Notes: generated by a model not told the origin, from the letters alone. A stretch of DNA of 64,000 bases from Mytilus trossulus (GCF_036588685.1 NC_086379.1:20708001-20772000), one strand, 5' to 3'. Positions 27,701 to 42,700 are shown, counted from the stretch's first letter. A program made the numbers and translations.

Positions 27701-30700
27701 AAGATAATAGCAAAAACTCCAAAATTTCCATAAAATTACTAACTCAGGGGCAGCAAAAACAACTGGTTGTCGGATATGTCTGTAAATTTCATTTTCATAC
27801 AAATATGAACGTATGGGAAATGGCAAATTTTCATACTTCAACGAAAACAAAACAATTATGAAACTTTTTGCAAACTAATATTTGCATGTACTATCTTGCA
27901 CAAATGTTAAGTTTTAAAAAATTATGTCAAACTTACAAATTAAACAAACAAAAGACAATAAAGGAAATATGTACATTTTTTTTAACAATTACTGCGATAA
28001 TGATGACGTCAGTATGTACATTAAAGATTTATCCTACCGATTGGACTTAAATAAAGTTAACACTCACACTGCTATCTTTAACAGGAAGCATAATACCAAA
28101 ATGTATGATAAAAGAGATTATTTTTCGTGTCTTATAGTTAATTATATGTTATCAGATGATTACGTTATCTTGTCAACATCTTAAGGGCATACAATACAGT
28201 TTCAGGGGAGGTAATGACGTTGCTAACGTAACTTGTTATTTTCGCGACGTCAAACTGTGACTTATAAGGAAAAGATACAGTTTTCGACTGATTTTAGGTA
28301 TTTCACATCCAATCTTTTATTGTTATATTTGTTTAATTTGTAAGTTTGACATAATTTTTTAAAACTTCGGTTTTCACATGAAAATCTGACCAAACCTTTT
28401 AACAAGGGATATAGTTACGATACTGGTATTAGGTCCATAAAGAAGACATATGTTGGCTTTAATATTGATTCACTTATAGGGTTTTATGATGGTTTAATAC
28501 TAAACCCTTAAGGGGAGGGATTGTGCTTGATTTTCATATGATAAAGACATACTATTTCAATCAGTTTAGTTGAAGTCTGGAGCTGGCATGTCAGTAACTG
28601 CTAGTAGTCCTTTGTTTATTTATGTATCATTGTTATTTTCCTAAATTTATTGTGTTACCTAACATGACATCGGACTCTGTCATCATTTAAACTGAGTTTT
28701 ACTGTGCATATAACAGTGTGTTTCTTTACTCTACATTGGCTAGATGTATAATGTTTCATTTACTGTTATCAGTTTTTTGTCCCTTTTCCATTCCTTGTTA
28801 TCTGTTATAATCCAAATTAATTTGCTGTTTTGCTGCTATTGGAACCCTCATTGCCCCCTTTTTCATCTAAAGTCGCGCTCATGTTGTTTATCATTTAAGT
28901 AATGATTTCCTAACCATCAGTGTTCAATGTCACATTTTATATTATGTTAAGTTATTATTTTTTAGGACGCATTTCAAAAGTGGGGTTTGGAGACACTTGT
29001 ACAAAGACGATTTTGGACGAGAAGAGAATTTACAAATTTATTTACACAACTTGTACTGCCGAACAGAATTATATCTGCGAAAGATTTGATAAATCTAGTA
29101 CGTTAAATTTTATTATGTATTATAAAAAGCCTATGGTGTATTCTGTCTATTTCAGTAGTATTCATAATTATTTTTGTGTCCATAAGAGACAATCTTACAT
29201 TCCATAAATATGCATAGGTACATATGTGCATCAACTAATAAGAAATAAATATCATTGAACTTTTAAAAAAGAATGCAAAATTTTTCGGAGCTTTGAAAAA
29301 TGATACAATATGCAATGCTTTGGTGTGTAATTCTTTAATCAAAGACCGCATTCCAGAACCATACAACACTTTATAAAAGAGTCACGTTTTATGGAAAAAA
29401 AGATAGTGGTTATTAGAAGTTCAAAAATATCTGGTTATTAAACGGAATATATATATTTTCATAAAAGAGAAGACTTATTTTGCCATAACGACATATATCA
29501 TTTATATTGTGTCGTCCCAAAAATACGTTCTTGTCTCATTTTTGTCATTTATAAATATTGCGAGCTAATTTCATTGATAGTGTGTAACAAAAGGCATGTT
29601 TTCATTATACATTTTTTTTTTTTTTTAGCTCAAACTTATCCTGAAACCTGTCATTATGAAACTGTATCATGGAACACTGCTCAAGAAAGTTGCCAGGAAC
29701 AGGGTTTGCATCTTCGGTTACACACTAGCACTACGCCTACATGTTTACAAGGACATAATTTCTGGAGTGGGGATCATATCGTAGATCAAATTGTGTGGGC
29801 AAATGGTATTAACATTTTTGGCCTTTGTTACTATAGCAACATATGCATATGGGAATAAGGTCAAAATTTACAATGTCCTATTCACACTGAATTATAAGAT
29901 ACATTTTACCCATGTTTGCATCAGAGTTAGACACAATACTGAATAGTTTCGTTCGTACTTAGTCTTGCTTTAATGAACGTGACCTGTTGAATTTGATTTT
30001 AAGTTTCATAATATGTTTTACGCTTATAACATACATTAAGGTTTTCACTGGGAGTATATCTGTTTTTGATCAATATTCCTTATATTCCCTTATTTCTTTG
30101 TATATTTTATTATATAGTGTTATAAGTGAGATGTTACTTCTTATAAACTATTTTTTCTTGTTAAATATCCATGTAGATTTTGTTTCCTCAGGAATAGATT
30201 ACCTTTAAGTTAGCTGTATTTGTCAACACTTAAAGGAATTTTTATCTTATATGCTCTTCAACTTCGTACTTTATTTGGCCTTTTTCTTTTTTGGAAACGA
30301 GCGTCACTGATGAGTCTTTTTTAGACGAAATGCACGTCTGGCATTAATACAAAATGTAATTCTGGTATTTGAATTTATTTACAACATCTGGGTTGATGCC
30401 ACTGCTGGTGGAGTTTTAATTCCCGACGATATCACCAGCCCATGCCAGTAGTCAGCACTTTTGTGCTGACATGAATTATCATTGATATGGTCATATTTAT
30501 ATATTAATTGTTTACAAAACTTTGAATTAATGAAATACTAAGGGTTTTCTACCTCAGGAATAGATTACATAAGCTGTATTTGATAAAACTTTTAGCAATT
30601 TCGGTCTGCAGTGCTCTTCAACATCGTACTTTTTTTACCTGTTTTCCTTTTTTTGATTCGAGGGTCACTGATGAGTCTGTGTATCTATGATGAGTTGATT

Positions 30701-33700
30701 TCCTACTTTAGGCTGCAATTAGGAAAGACACAATATCATATATTTAACCTTATTTTGTTATTAATGTCATTTGCTAGAAAGAGGAATACATATAATGCAA
30801 GTTATCGATGGTTTCATATTTATTCAATCATCTTTTTTCACGAATTTGTTCTTATAGTTATCAAAAGTACCAGGATTATAATTTTATACGCCAGACGCGC
30901 GTTTCGTCTACATAAGACTCATCAGTGACGCTCAGATCAAAATAGTTAAAAAGCCAAATAAATACAAAGTTGAAGAGCATTGAGGACCCAAATTTCCGAA
31001 ACGTTGTGCCAAATACGGCTAAGCTAATCTACTCCTGGGGTAAGAAAATCCTTAGTTTTTCGAAAAATTCAAAGTTTTGTAAACAGAAAATTTATAAAAA
31101 TGACCATATAATTGATATTCATGTCAACACCGAAGTGCTGACTACTGGGCTGGTGATACCCTCGGGGACGAAACGGTCTGCTCAATAATATAACTTATCT
31201 TATTTCTATGCCCTCGCTGCTAGGCGTCGGGGCATAAAGTGCTATCCTTGTTCGTCCATCCGTAAGTCCTTTCCGCAATTGGTTTCCGTTCTCTAACTTT
31301 AGTTTGCTCAATCAAATTTTATAAAACCTATCCACAATGCTTATTTCTACAATACACAGATCAAGTTTGAAATTGAGTGGCATTACTTTATCTCTTATTG
31401 AGTAATTTCCTTTTATAAATGAAAAGTTGTAACGTTCATCTAAATAGAATGAAATTATTTTATTAAAAACAACAATATAAAATAGCAAAGAAAATGTATT
31501 TCAGAATATTTATTCCAGTAAAATCTTATATTAAATAAAGATTCACCTATTAAAATCGATGGAAATCCTAGCATATTTGTAAATATACATATTATGCTGG
31601 ATTTGGAAAATATTTGATAACCTCACATATTTGCATGGAATGTGCATGAATGTTACATATATTCCAATGAAAGATATATTATTTTGGGCAAACGAATGAA
31701 GTTGGCCTCAACCGAAAGCGATAAGATTAATACATAATGCCAATTACAATAAAACCAAGATCAAGTTTGAAATCCAGAAACATCACATTATACCGTTTAT
31801 GAGTTATGATTCTATGAATATAAAAAATGCAGTTTTTTTCGTTTCTGTTCTCCTTCTTCAGCTTGTCTCAACTAAATGTTATAAAACTTATACACAAAAC
31901 ACCAAGTTTGGAATTAAGTTGTGTTATTATCCTAGAGTTATGTCCCTCGGTAAACATAAATATTCTTAATCTGTGATGTTCCTTCTCTTGTTGTAGTTTG
32001 CCTCGGCCGAATGTATTTAATCTTTAACACCATGTTTATAGTCACAAGAAAACTGTCAAAATAACGTGAATCTTGCATCTAAATGTGGACGTTGACTCAT
32101 GCATATTTACGAGCTGGGGCATCTGTGACCCATAGACACATTCTGCATTTTTATAACATTCCTTTTGACAATTTTTTAATTGAAGTTTTGAATAGTTTGA
32201 TTTCTCTTTACTCTTGGTAAATTATCTGACATAAATAAATATCTTTCGACTTCGTACGTATATTTTATAGATGAAGAATTACGTTTTTACTTCATTTGCC
32301 CAAGGTATATGAGAAAATCATCGACTTAATATCTTGAACAAAATATCTTAATGAGTTTGATATAACATTATAATAGTAGTACATTTTTCAATATTTCAAA
32401 ATTCGTGAATTATTGAAATCACCTAAAGCCAGCCTTTGCTTGACAGATGCATATCAATTTACTGTGTTTTAGTATTGTTTATGATAACTGCCAAGTATAC
32501 TTATTAAAAGAGTATGATACGTTTCAGTAATTCAAGTAAATCCGACATTTACCTTTGTATCTATCAATTGATTCATACAACTTAGTTATAAAATAATGGT
32601 ATCATTGAAGGACCACAAACATTCTAATTTTTAACAAATTGTAATGGATAATTCTATAAATAATCTTTTTGATACAAAATTTTAGATACCTTACCGACAG
32701 ATGCTTTGTGTCTGAAGTTAGTAATAACTGAATCCGGTTCCAGTTTTGAGACTGAAAATTGCAGCACTTCATTGTATTCATTATGTTGTAAGTACTTTTT
32801 TAACTTTTGTGTATGTTAGTTACAACAGAAAAGTTGCAACATGTAGGCCTCTATTTGTAAATCTTTTATATCAAGTTGTGAAATAAAAGTAAAATAACAA
32901 ATTTAGAGAACTCAAAGGAAAATTCAAAAACAAAAAGCCCATTATCCAAAGGAAAAATTGAAAGGTCAAACGATTGAGTTTATCCGTTCGGTCTTAAAAT
33001 TTAGATATGAAATGATCTATATTTTAATTATAAATATATTGGAATTTATTCAATTCAAAAGCTATATCATGACGTCGGGGGATTTGTATTTGATGTATGC
33101 AGAATTGCCATTCGTTTAATCTATTATCAAATAGATAAACCTCCGACACAAAGCACTTGTAATCTGTATCTGAATAGAATTAAATTGTGAAAAAACACAT
33201 GTATAATCTATACCATTAAACGAGAAGATCTCATTTTATGTGACGCTTCTCTTTGTTCCACAATGAATAAATCATCATGCCTTTGTTTCCTTTAGGTACC
33301 ATGCATAGTCAGATTTGTCATCCTTGCTTATGATTATTCCGTTTGTGTTTTGGGAGAAAACCATAGCAAAGGCGTCCGGATATCGTTTCCGTCATCGGCT
33401 AGACTTTTAAGTAATAGACTAGAATTCGTTTAGAAATTACACATAGTTTTCATTAAGGTCGAAATGGGGGTAACTTCATGACGTAACGGTTAAATTTCTT
33501 GACAATGACGTTGACGGTAATATTTGGTCAGAAAAAAACTTCATTATTAAAATAAATATATTTTTAAAATTTTAATCGGTCAAAATTGCATGATATTCTA
33601 CATTTATATTTATTCAGGTTTGTACGATTAAACAAAAAAAACTTGTTATATCATTAGTACTTACCAAACGAATATAATAATTTACTCAAAAAAGGAATAT

Positions 33701-36700
33701 TAATATGGCCACTCTCGGTGAGTGGAGCCTTTTCGGTCAAATTTGGACGTTAAATCAAATGCCACGCATGATGAAAGTTCCAAGCTCTCTGTCCGTTAGG
33801 AACCCTTGTAACAACTCTTTGAGGTGACCACTGGCGAGGAAAAGTTTCTGTTCCTATCAAGTATATCCTCACGTTCCAGTAGCAGTCCAAATTTCCCCGA
33901 CCGCTATCCCAGTCGACCTCTTTAGCATCACCAAGCATTTATACTTATTCCTGTTTTGAACATGAATGAAATATTTGCCACTGGATGTAGAGCAGTCAAC
34001 AATCAACCCATTAAGGTATAATTGTACAAAAACTTTCTTCCTCAATAACTATTTCATAAACTAATACAATACAAAACAATTTAAAGTTGTAATTATACCC
34101 GACCTACGATAGTAGAGGAGCATTATGTTTTCTGGTATGTGCGTCCGTTCGTCCGTCCGTCCGTCCGTCCGTCTGTTCGTCCGTCTGTCCCGCTTCAGGT
34201 TAAAGTTTTTGGTCAAGGTAGTTTTTGATGAAGTTGAAGTCCAATCGACTTCAAACTTATTATACATGTTCCCTATGATAGGATCTTTTTAATTTTAATG
34301 CCAAATTAGAATGTTTACCCCAATTTCACGGTCCACTGAAAATAGAAAATGATAGTGCGAGTGGGGCATTCATGGTTTTTTTTTTACAAAATAAAACATA
34401 CAGTTGATAAATGCATGATTTGCTGAATTTGTTCGTTAACAAAAAATACGTTAAAAAGATAGGCAGAGGATACCAAAGGAATATTAGTCATACTCATTAG
34501 TCCACAACATAGTGACATTGTCACATTTTAAATGGTACAGGTGCTACCCACATTTACGATTTATTTAAATTGGAACAGATGTTGAATGTCATAATTATAA
34601 AGGTAGCAAAATACTCTATTTCAAAGTCAAAATAGCCATAGAGGTTTACTTTGGTTCTTTAATATCTGATTATATACGTCAAATATATCTTACAGCTAAG
34701 CAACATCACACGTCTAGCAGTAAGAATGATGAGGCTTTCACAACACCATCAACTCAGTCTTACAGTTCAACAGGTTTGTTTATAGTAAGCAGTATACCGT
34801 TGTCGGCAACTGATAGCAATATTCATCATCTGTAAATTGAAAGAAAATAATGTTATCAATTCGAAAAGTGAAACAGTACATAGGACCTTCACGCCTAACC
34901 AAAATAAGCACCACCGGAGATATACCTTCAAGTCAAAATGATAAGGATAAAGGAAAAGGTGTCATATGAAAGTACCTCTTTTTCTTCGTTGGTGTAGTCT
35001 TTTTTAAGGGAAGTTACACCATGCAAACTAATAGCTCGGAAATATGAAAATGCAGGATATCTTGACGTTCAAACTCCGTTTTCAACGACTATTTAAATTG
35101 CCTTAGAACTGTGTATGGTCTGTTGCAATAGAAATTCGTTATACTACCTTACAAAAAAAATTTTAAAAATGTGGTAAGAGAAATCTGCACCAAAACTAAT
35201 TGTAATGCAACATCGTTTGTAACGTTCATTTTGATTTGATAACATCTCTAATTTTTATGACATCAATTCACAATTGATGCTATAAAAATGTACGCACAAG
35301 CGCATAGGACATATGACAGATTTTAAATAAGTCTTTTAACGTTGTTTTTTTATGATTTTCATTAGAATGAAGACAACAATATTGCATGTTAAGCTCCGAC
35401 GGCATCAATTAGTGATTTGATGATTGCAAATATCCGTTTACTGGATACGCTAACGCGTCGCGAGTAAACCATATTTGCGATCATCAAATCACCAATTGAT
35501 ACCGTCGGAGCTTATAATACAATACAGTTATCACCCAAATTACGTTTGTTTTTAGTAAGTAATTATACGTCATCGAGATGCTTTCAACAACGAATAAAAC
35601 CCTTTGCATGAGTAGCAAGCTGTAAAATGCCTCGAAATAATATATGAAAAACAAAATTAATGGCCAAATGATGTTCACGAAGGGCTAGAATTTGCCCTTA
35701 GATTTTGATGTGGGTTTTTTCATACATAAGACCACAGTACTACATATTTCAAATTAAAATACTTGTGACAATACTGTTAAAACAAAAATACATCATTTGG
35801 CATTTTCCTCTAAAGTCTAAAGCTTTTATTGTTTATAAATTACACAAAATCAGCATAGTTTGACAAAATTTTCAAAATGGACTTTTAAGGTTTGGAGAAT
35901 GTTATGTATATTAGCAGAACTGATTTAGTTAGCGTTCAGGTTTTTGCAATAAGCCCCTTTACGAACAAAACTGTGACCTTTTTGGTGTTTTATGATATTT
36001 AATGTTTTATTGCGCCATAAGAATGATAAGTGAATCTTGTAAAATGTATAACCGAAAAACGAATTTATATATAGTAACAAACGAGAACCAGTGAATTAAA
36101 GGCTCCTGATATGGGAAAGTAACACACACAAATAAAGCGGGATTTAACATGTTTAGAGGAGATCATGATCTTTAGCAATGCTTAAATATAAGTATGAACA
36201 GATTGTAAGACCGTAAATGTACGATAGCGTTATTAAATGAGTGTTTTCGTATTGATCCGTGATCATGTATATATTCCAAGTGCAGTCGCATTCAGGAGAA
36301 GAATACTGCATTAGTTCGAGACTTAGCCAAAGGCTATTATAACTGATCGAGACCCAATGCGACTGTTCGGGGTACATACTACAGGATGAACATGAAAACA
36401 CCTTTATAAACGAATGACTTAAGATAACCGCAAAAAACGACTGGGGATAAACACGACTGCAGGACGACTCATAAATGATCAATATGAACTATTTGGGTAT
36501 AATTTTATGCAATAATCCTTAAAATCAATAATGTGTGATTATCGCTCTTTTATTCGACATTGAAAAATAGCCCCTCTCGATTTTAACACGATTTATCTCC
36601 GTTTAATATGACGTCGTTGACGAATGAAATAAAATGGCAACGACAAGGTAAAGAGCACATAGACTAGAGTGAGGACGAAAAGATCATTACGCTTACATAA

Positions 36701-39700
36701 ATCATATCTAAATTTACGGACTCGACAAGAACATCACCGTTAAAAAAGGATAATCTTTACAGTTTGGAGTATTTTTTGTAAGGTCCAGCCATAATTTCAA
36801 ACTTAATCGTTGTATATATGAAAAAATTTAATATGGATTTTAAATAATTTGTGGTAACTATACCCTTGACTTCCATTTTCGTAATAGATACATTGCGTAA
36901 TGTTAATATACATCCTAGGTATATATCTTTGATGTTTATATCAATGCAGCAAAGCCAACCTGAAGAACTATTTTAATAATTAGCAATATTGGTGAACTGA
37001 ATGTCTTATTAATAACAAAATTGAAATACGCAGGAAAGTTTTTCTCATATTAAATTCATTTCTTTATAAATACTATCAAAAACCGAGAATAATCTTACAC
37101 ATCGTCAAAAATGCTTAAAAAGTTAAATCACAAAAATACTGAATTCCGAGGAAAATTCAAAACGGAAAGTTCCTAACCAAATGTCAAAATCAAGAGCTCA
37201 AACACATCAATTGAATAGATAACAACTGTCATATTGCTGACTTGGTAAAGGCATTTTCTTATGTAGATAATGGTGGATTGAGTTAAGTTGGGTTTTTTTT
37301 AAGACTATTAAACTCATTTCTCATCAATGCAATTTATTTCATAAAAAAAATCTCCAGCCGAAGGATGCATTAACTTCACACGAAACAAGATCTTGCAAAG
37401 ACATGTATTACCTACCAAGTGAATCGAAATACACAAAATGTCACGATAAGGTATATAAGATACAACACACGATTGTGTTGATGTAACTAAATGCATTGCT
37501 TTCACGATAAATTCATTCACTCATTGTCCCAAAAAAGAATACTTTCACTTTCAATCTTAACTGAATAACAAAGGCTTGCAGAGTTTGTTATATATTTCAA
37601 GGTCGTAGAACTTATGAGAGTTCAACAAACACAATGTCTGATTTAGTTGAGGATAACACAAAAATGTTCGGTAAAGCTTTAATTTATTCTGCTTTATTTT
37701 TACTTTTGTTCTACTTTTATTTTTTGTACAAAACTTTCGAACAAATAAAACATAAAATAACGAAATTTCATTACGTCTATGCATGAGTATGAGGCTTTTT
37801 CATGAGTATTTGATATTAATTTGTTTGAGTTACGGTGATTATTTCGTTCAAAGTTTTTTTAACAGCAATGCATGCAACCTTCCGAAGCACCTGACATCAG
37901 CCCCAGTTTTTTGTTGAGTTAGCGTTGCTAAGTCTTGAGTTTTCTATGTTGTGTCTTGTGTACCATTATTTGTCTGTAACTGTCCCTCTGGGATTGTTCG
38001 TCCCTTTCTAAGTTTTTACGATAACTTTGACAGTAATATAAGAATTTCTAATATGAATTCTTGCATTGAATAAATTGTCGATGAAGGTCTTTACTTCTAT
38101 ATAAGATGAACATCATTTAGAACCTCAAGCGTTTGTCAGGAACACAGATAAAACCATTTTTTTCTTTTGGGATCTATTTCTATAATATTGTTATATATAT
38201 TATTGTCTCGTTTACAAGAAATACTTCAAAAAAGAAATTAAAGGATATGAAAATAACTAGACGTATTATTGAATGGATAGAATCATAGATTGGTACATAT
38301 TTCATAAAAGTATTGGAGGTATATAATAATCCCTTTCTCTATCCGTTTGTCCCAATCTGCTTAGAATGGGCCTTCTTTATGATATGATGGCAGCCCCTGA
38401 ATTAGTAATTTTAAGAAAATTTAGCTTTTTGTGTTATTATGTAGAATATTATTATAGATAAATATACAAAGAAAGATTTACAAATAAGTCAATTACCAAA
38501 TTTGTCAATTGACCGTTTTACGGAGCTTTTGCCCGTTATAGTCGATATTTAACAATTTTTCGTATTTTTTTTGGTATTTTTTTGTTTGAAATTCATCTCC
38601 TCTGAAACTGAATACTTGGCAACAATCATTAATGTAGCATTTTTTTAAAAATATTCTGATGACCTTGTCTGCCAACCAAGATTGCCAACATTGCCAAAAA
38701 TAGAACAAAGGGGGTTAAATACAAGTTTTGTCTATTAATTTGAAAAGCATTTTAAAGAGATGATCAGCAGAACAAGTTCTACAAATAGGTCAACAATGCC
38801 GAAATCGTTAATCGACTCCTTACAAAAATATATGAGTTATTGCCCTTACATGATGATTTTGACGATTTTTTTGTGTTTTTGACTTATACCTTAAAACTGT
38901 TATAGACAAATACAACCTTAGCTATAAGAAAATTACTAGCAAAACAAAATGTACAATGAAGACAAATTGGACGAAAGATCATTAAATTTTGATTTTTTTT
39001 ATCCTCGTTTGTGCTTTATGCAAAAACTAAAGAAGAGTTTAACTCACCTGGCTTAATGATCAGCACTAAAAGATCAACAAAACAGATTTCTGTAAAAAAA
39101 ATCTATTCTTGTCTACAATGTTTTAGAATGTCCTTTTTTAGTATGCACATATACCAGGGTGAGCAACTATGGCTCTTTAGAGCCTCTAGTTTTTGTTTTT
39201 CGTTCATATCTTGTACATAATTCAGGTCGTTGGCTTTTTCGTTTGAAATGTTTTACGTTTGACATTTTTGATATTTAAAGCTCACTATACGGTATAACCA
39301 TTGTTGAAGGCTGTATGGTGACCTATCGATGTTAATGTCTGTCATTTTGGTCTCTTGTGGAGAATTGTCTCATTGGCAATCGATCCCCATCTTCTGATTT
39401 GTATATCTGTTCACATCAATTCTCATAAATATGAATCGCCTAAATCGGTTGCATGTGTGCATTTTGGTTTGATATTTTAGATGGAACTATTCTTTGTATA
39501 CTATTTAATTCCCAACAGGTAAAGCAACTGACAATATTGTCGTATTATATTAGATTTATTTTACATAATGTTGATATCAATAATAACCAAATATAATACA
39601 TAATGTTTTTACTTGCATCGTTTAGTACCCGAAACTACCTTCATGTGTTGTATCTATATTTTTCATAACTTCATAACATTTTGTGAAATCTTATAGACTT

Positions 39701-42700
39701 GAATAATAGTTTATGTTTGCAAAACAACAAATGAAAGCAGAGAACTTTACTAACCTTTACATACGAATGAGACATGTTTCCTAATAGATTTACAAATAAG
39801 ATAATGAGTCAGTTCTCCTGTCTAAACTGCAATGCAGTGGTTAACTAGAGGAAATTCTTCGTTTTTCAATCTTTAAAAGTACGATGTAGGTGAAAAGACT
39901 TTTAATGCTTTTTATTGATTAATTAATGACTTCACTTCGATGGAAGGACTTACATATTTTTTCATATATTAAGGTCGTACAACGTACGGAAGTTCATTTC
40001 ACACAAAGTCAGATTCAGTTGAACAAAACACAAAACAGTTTGGTAAATATGTATTTTTTTTAGGTTTAATTTTTTTTTTTTACTTTTGTTCTACTCTTAT
40101 TCTCTGTAACGAATTCTCAAACTGAAGTATTTCAATAAATTTAACATAAAATGATGAAATTTGTTTAAGTCTATGCATGAGTATGACGCTTTTCTGTACA
40201 TCATTGTATAGTCGCCGTCACGTAAAATTGGCACCATGATTTTTGTCAAAATTTTCTTAAATATCGATCGCGTTTTCTCGAGATCATGTTTTTCAAATAG
40301 CGGAATAAAAAACCAATCCAAATATATACTACTGTCCTACCTTTTATTGTGTTTGCACAGTATAATCCTGACCTTCACAAAATCCAGGATTATTTTGTAT
40401 GGTGGAATCCGACATTGTTATTACCGGAAGTGTTGCCGTCGAGTCCACGTGCTCTCAATTTTCTTGTGTCTCTCGGAGCTGTGCGTCATCTTTATGTAAA
40501 AAGCGCGGGAAATCGTATCATCAATGACAATGATATAACCGGAGAGTAACGAATGTTATGTAGTAAGGGATCCTCATAGAAACCAAGATGGCGGTTTTAC
40601 AATGAAAACAATCTTGAAAAATGTGAAGGTCAGGATTATACAGTGCAAACAAAATAAAAGGTAGGACAGTAGTATATATTTGGATTGGATATTTATTCCG
40701 TTAATTGAAAAACATGATCTCGAGTAAACGCGATCGATATTTAAGAAAATTTTGACAAATATCATGGTGCCAATTCTACGTGACGGCGACTATAGATCCT
40801 CCAGTATTTTTAAAGTAAAAAGATAAAACACTTTTTTTCTATAATTGATCTATTTCCAATGATAAATTGATATTTTTATTGTCTTCATCGACACAACAAA
40901 TATTTTATTTAATTTGATAACTTTATCATTTGCACAATTTCTTTTGAATTCATCATAAATCCATAACGTATAATAAAAGAAGCTATATATTTCATTCGGT
41001 TAATGTTGATCGAAAGAATTTGCTTTTGATGAATTATCTAGTTTTTTGGTGACATAGTATTTGCAGGAAAAACAAATTCAAGCTGCTTTATATTCTCAAA
41101 CATCAGAAGTGCATTACTCAGTAGCACGCGCATATTTTAGTTTATAATTTTAAATCGAAATATTCTATACATACTAGTTTTAATATATACAAAGTAAAGT
41201 AACTTACAAAAAAATATCAAATGCTAGTTTATCTTACATAATATTGATAATTTCACAATATCATACGTAACTTTTTACTTGCATCTTTTAGCGAATAAAA
41301 CGCCCATCATGTGCTATGTTTATTTTTTTTATAATAATATCGTCTTTTTAAATTTTACAAACTTGAACAAAGTTTATGTTTGCAAAGCAACAAGATAACC
41401 AGATGACCTTATTCAACTATTTAACGATAAGGTAACGATTTCTACGGTAAAAAGGACTAGACATATATCAATGTAAATTATTTATTTGGATACCAAAGGC
41501 TTAAAGTATTTGTAATATATTTTAAGGTCGTATAACAATAAGGAGTCCTGTAAACGCAGAGTCTGGTTCAGATGAGGATAAAACAGATTTCAGTAAGGCT
41601 TTAATTTCGTAGCGCTTTAAATATTTCTTGTTTTTTTCTTTCATACTCTGTGACAAAAGAGGGGCTACATATACGAGAGGAACATTCAAATTCATAAATC
41701 GAAGACTAACTAAGTGATTTTGATGATGTAACATTTCTACTAATTGATTTTGAAAAAAAATGTAAAAAATGTTTAGAACAAAGGAATTGATTTGTTACGA
41801 AATCGAAATAAATTATAATAATTTAAAGATTTACATGTGATGACCTATGCTTTTTACCATAATGGTTTTCATACCTTTTTTTAAAAACATATATCTATTA
41901 AATCATGTATAGTAGTAAACCGCTGTTCGAAAGTCATAAATCGATTGAGATAAAAAAAAAAAATCCGGTGTACAAGCTAAAACCGAGGGAAACTCATCAA
42001 CTACTAGAGAAAAACAACGAAACAACAGAATCTTAGCCCTGTTTTGACAATATAATCTCTTTTTTTTTAGTTCCATTAGTTGCTGGGAGCGTTGGAGGAT
42101 TTGTAGCAATTGTGATTGTTGTAATAGTTGTGTGTATCATTCAGAGAAGGTAAACATTAGCACATAAATTTTTACCAATGATATAAATCCGAACGACCCG
42201 TTTATGTGTCATCAAATAATGATGCATTGCCATGAATAATCATGCATTATTTGTGCATTACTTATCTTAATTCATTTACTCTCTTTAAGATAAAAAAAAA
42301 ATGATAATTTTGTATGCCAGGCGTATATTTTATCTCAATAAGACTCATCAGCGCTGATTGAATCAAAACAGTTGGATAACACGAAATTTTAGATCTTAAT
42401 AAACAAAAATTCCCAAACATTGTGATAAATAAGATCCTGTCAATCTAAACCCTTATACATCAATACATTGCATGTGAAAGGTTTCACATTTTTTGTCGTT
42501 AACTCGTTATATTTTTAATCAATATTCATTCTATTGTGTCTTCTGATATTCAAATGAAAAATAATATAGGAATTTAAAAATTAAATATTAAAAAATACTG
42601 ACCATAAAGGAAAAATCAACACTGAAAGCCCCCAATTCAAATGGCAAAATCAAATTCAAATACTTCAAACGAACGGAAACAACTGTCATATTCCTGACTT

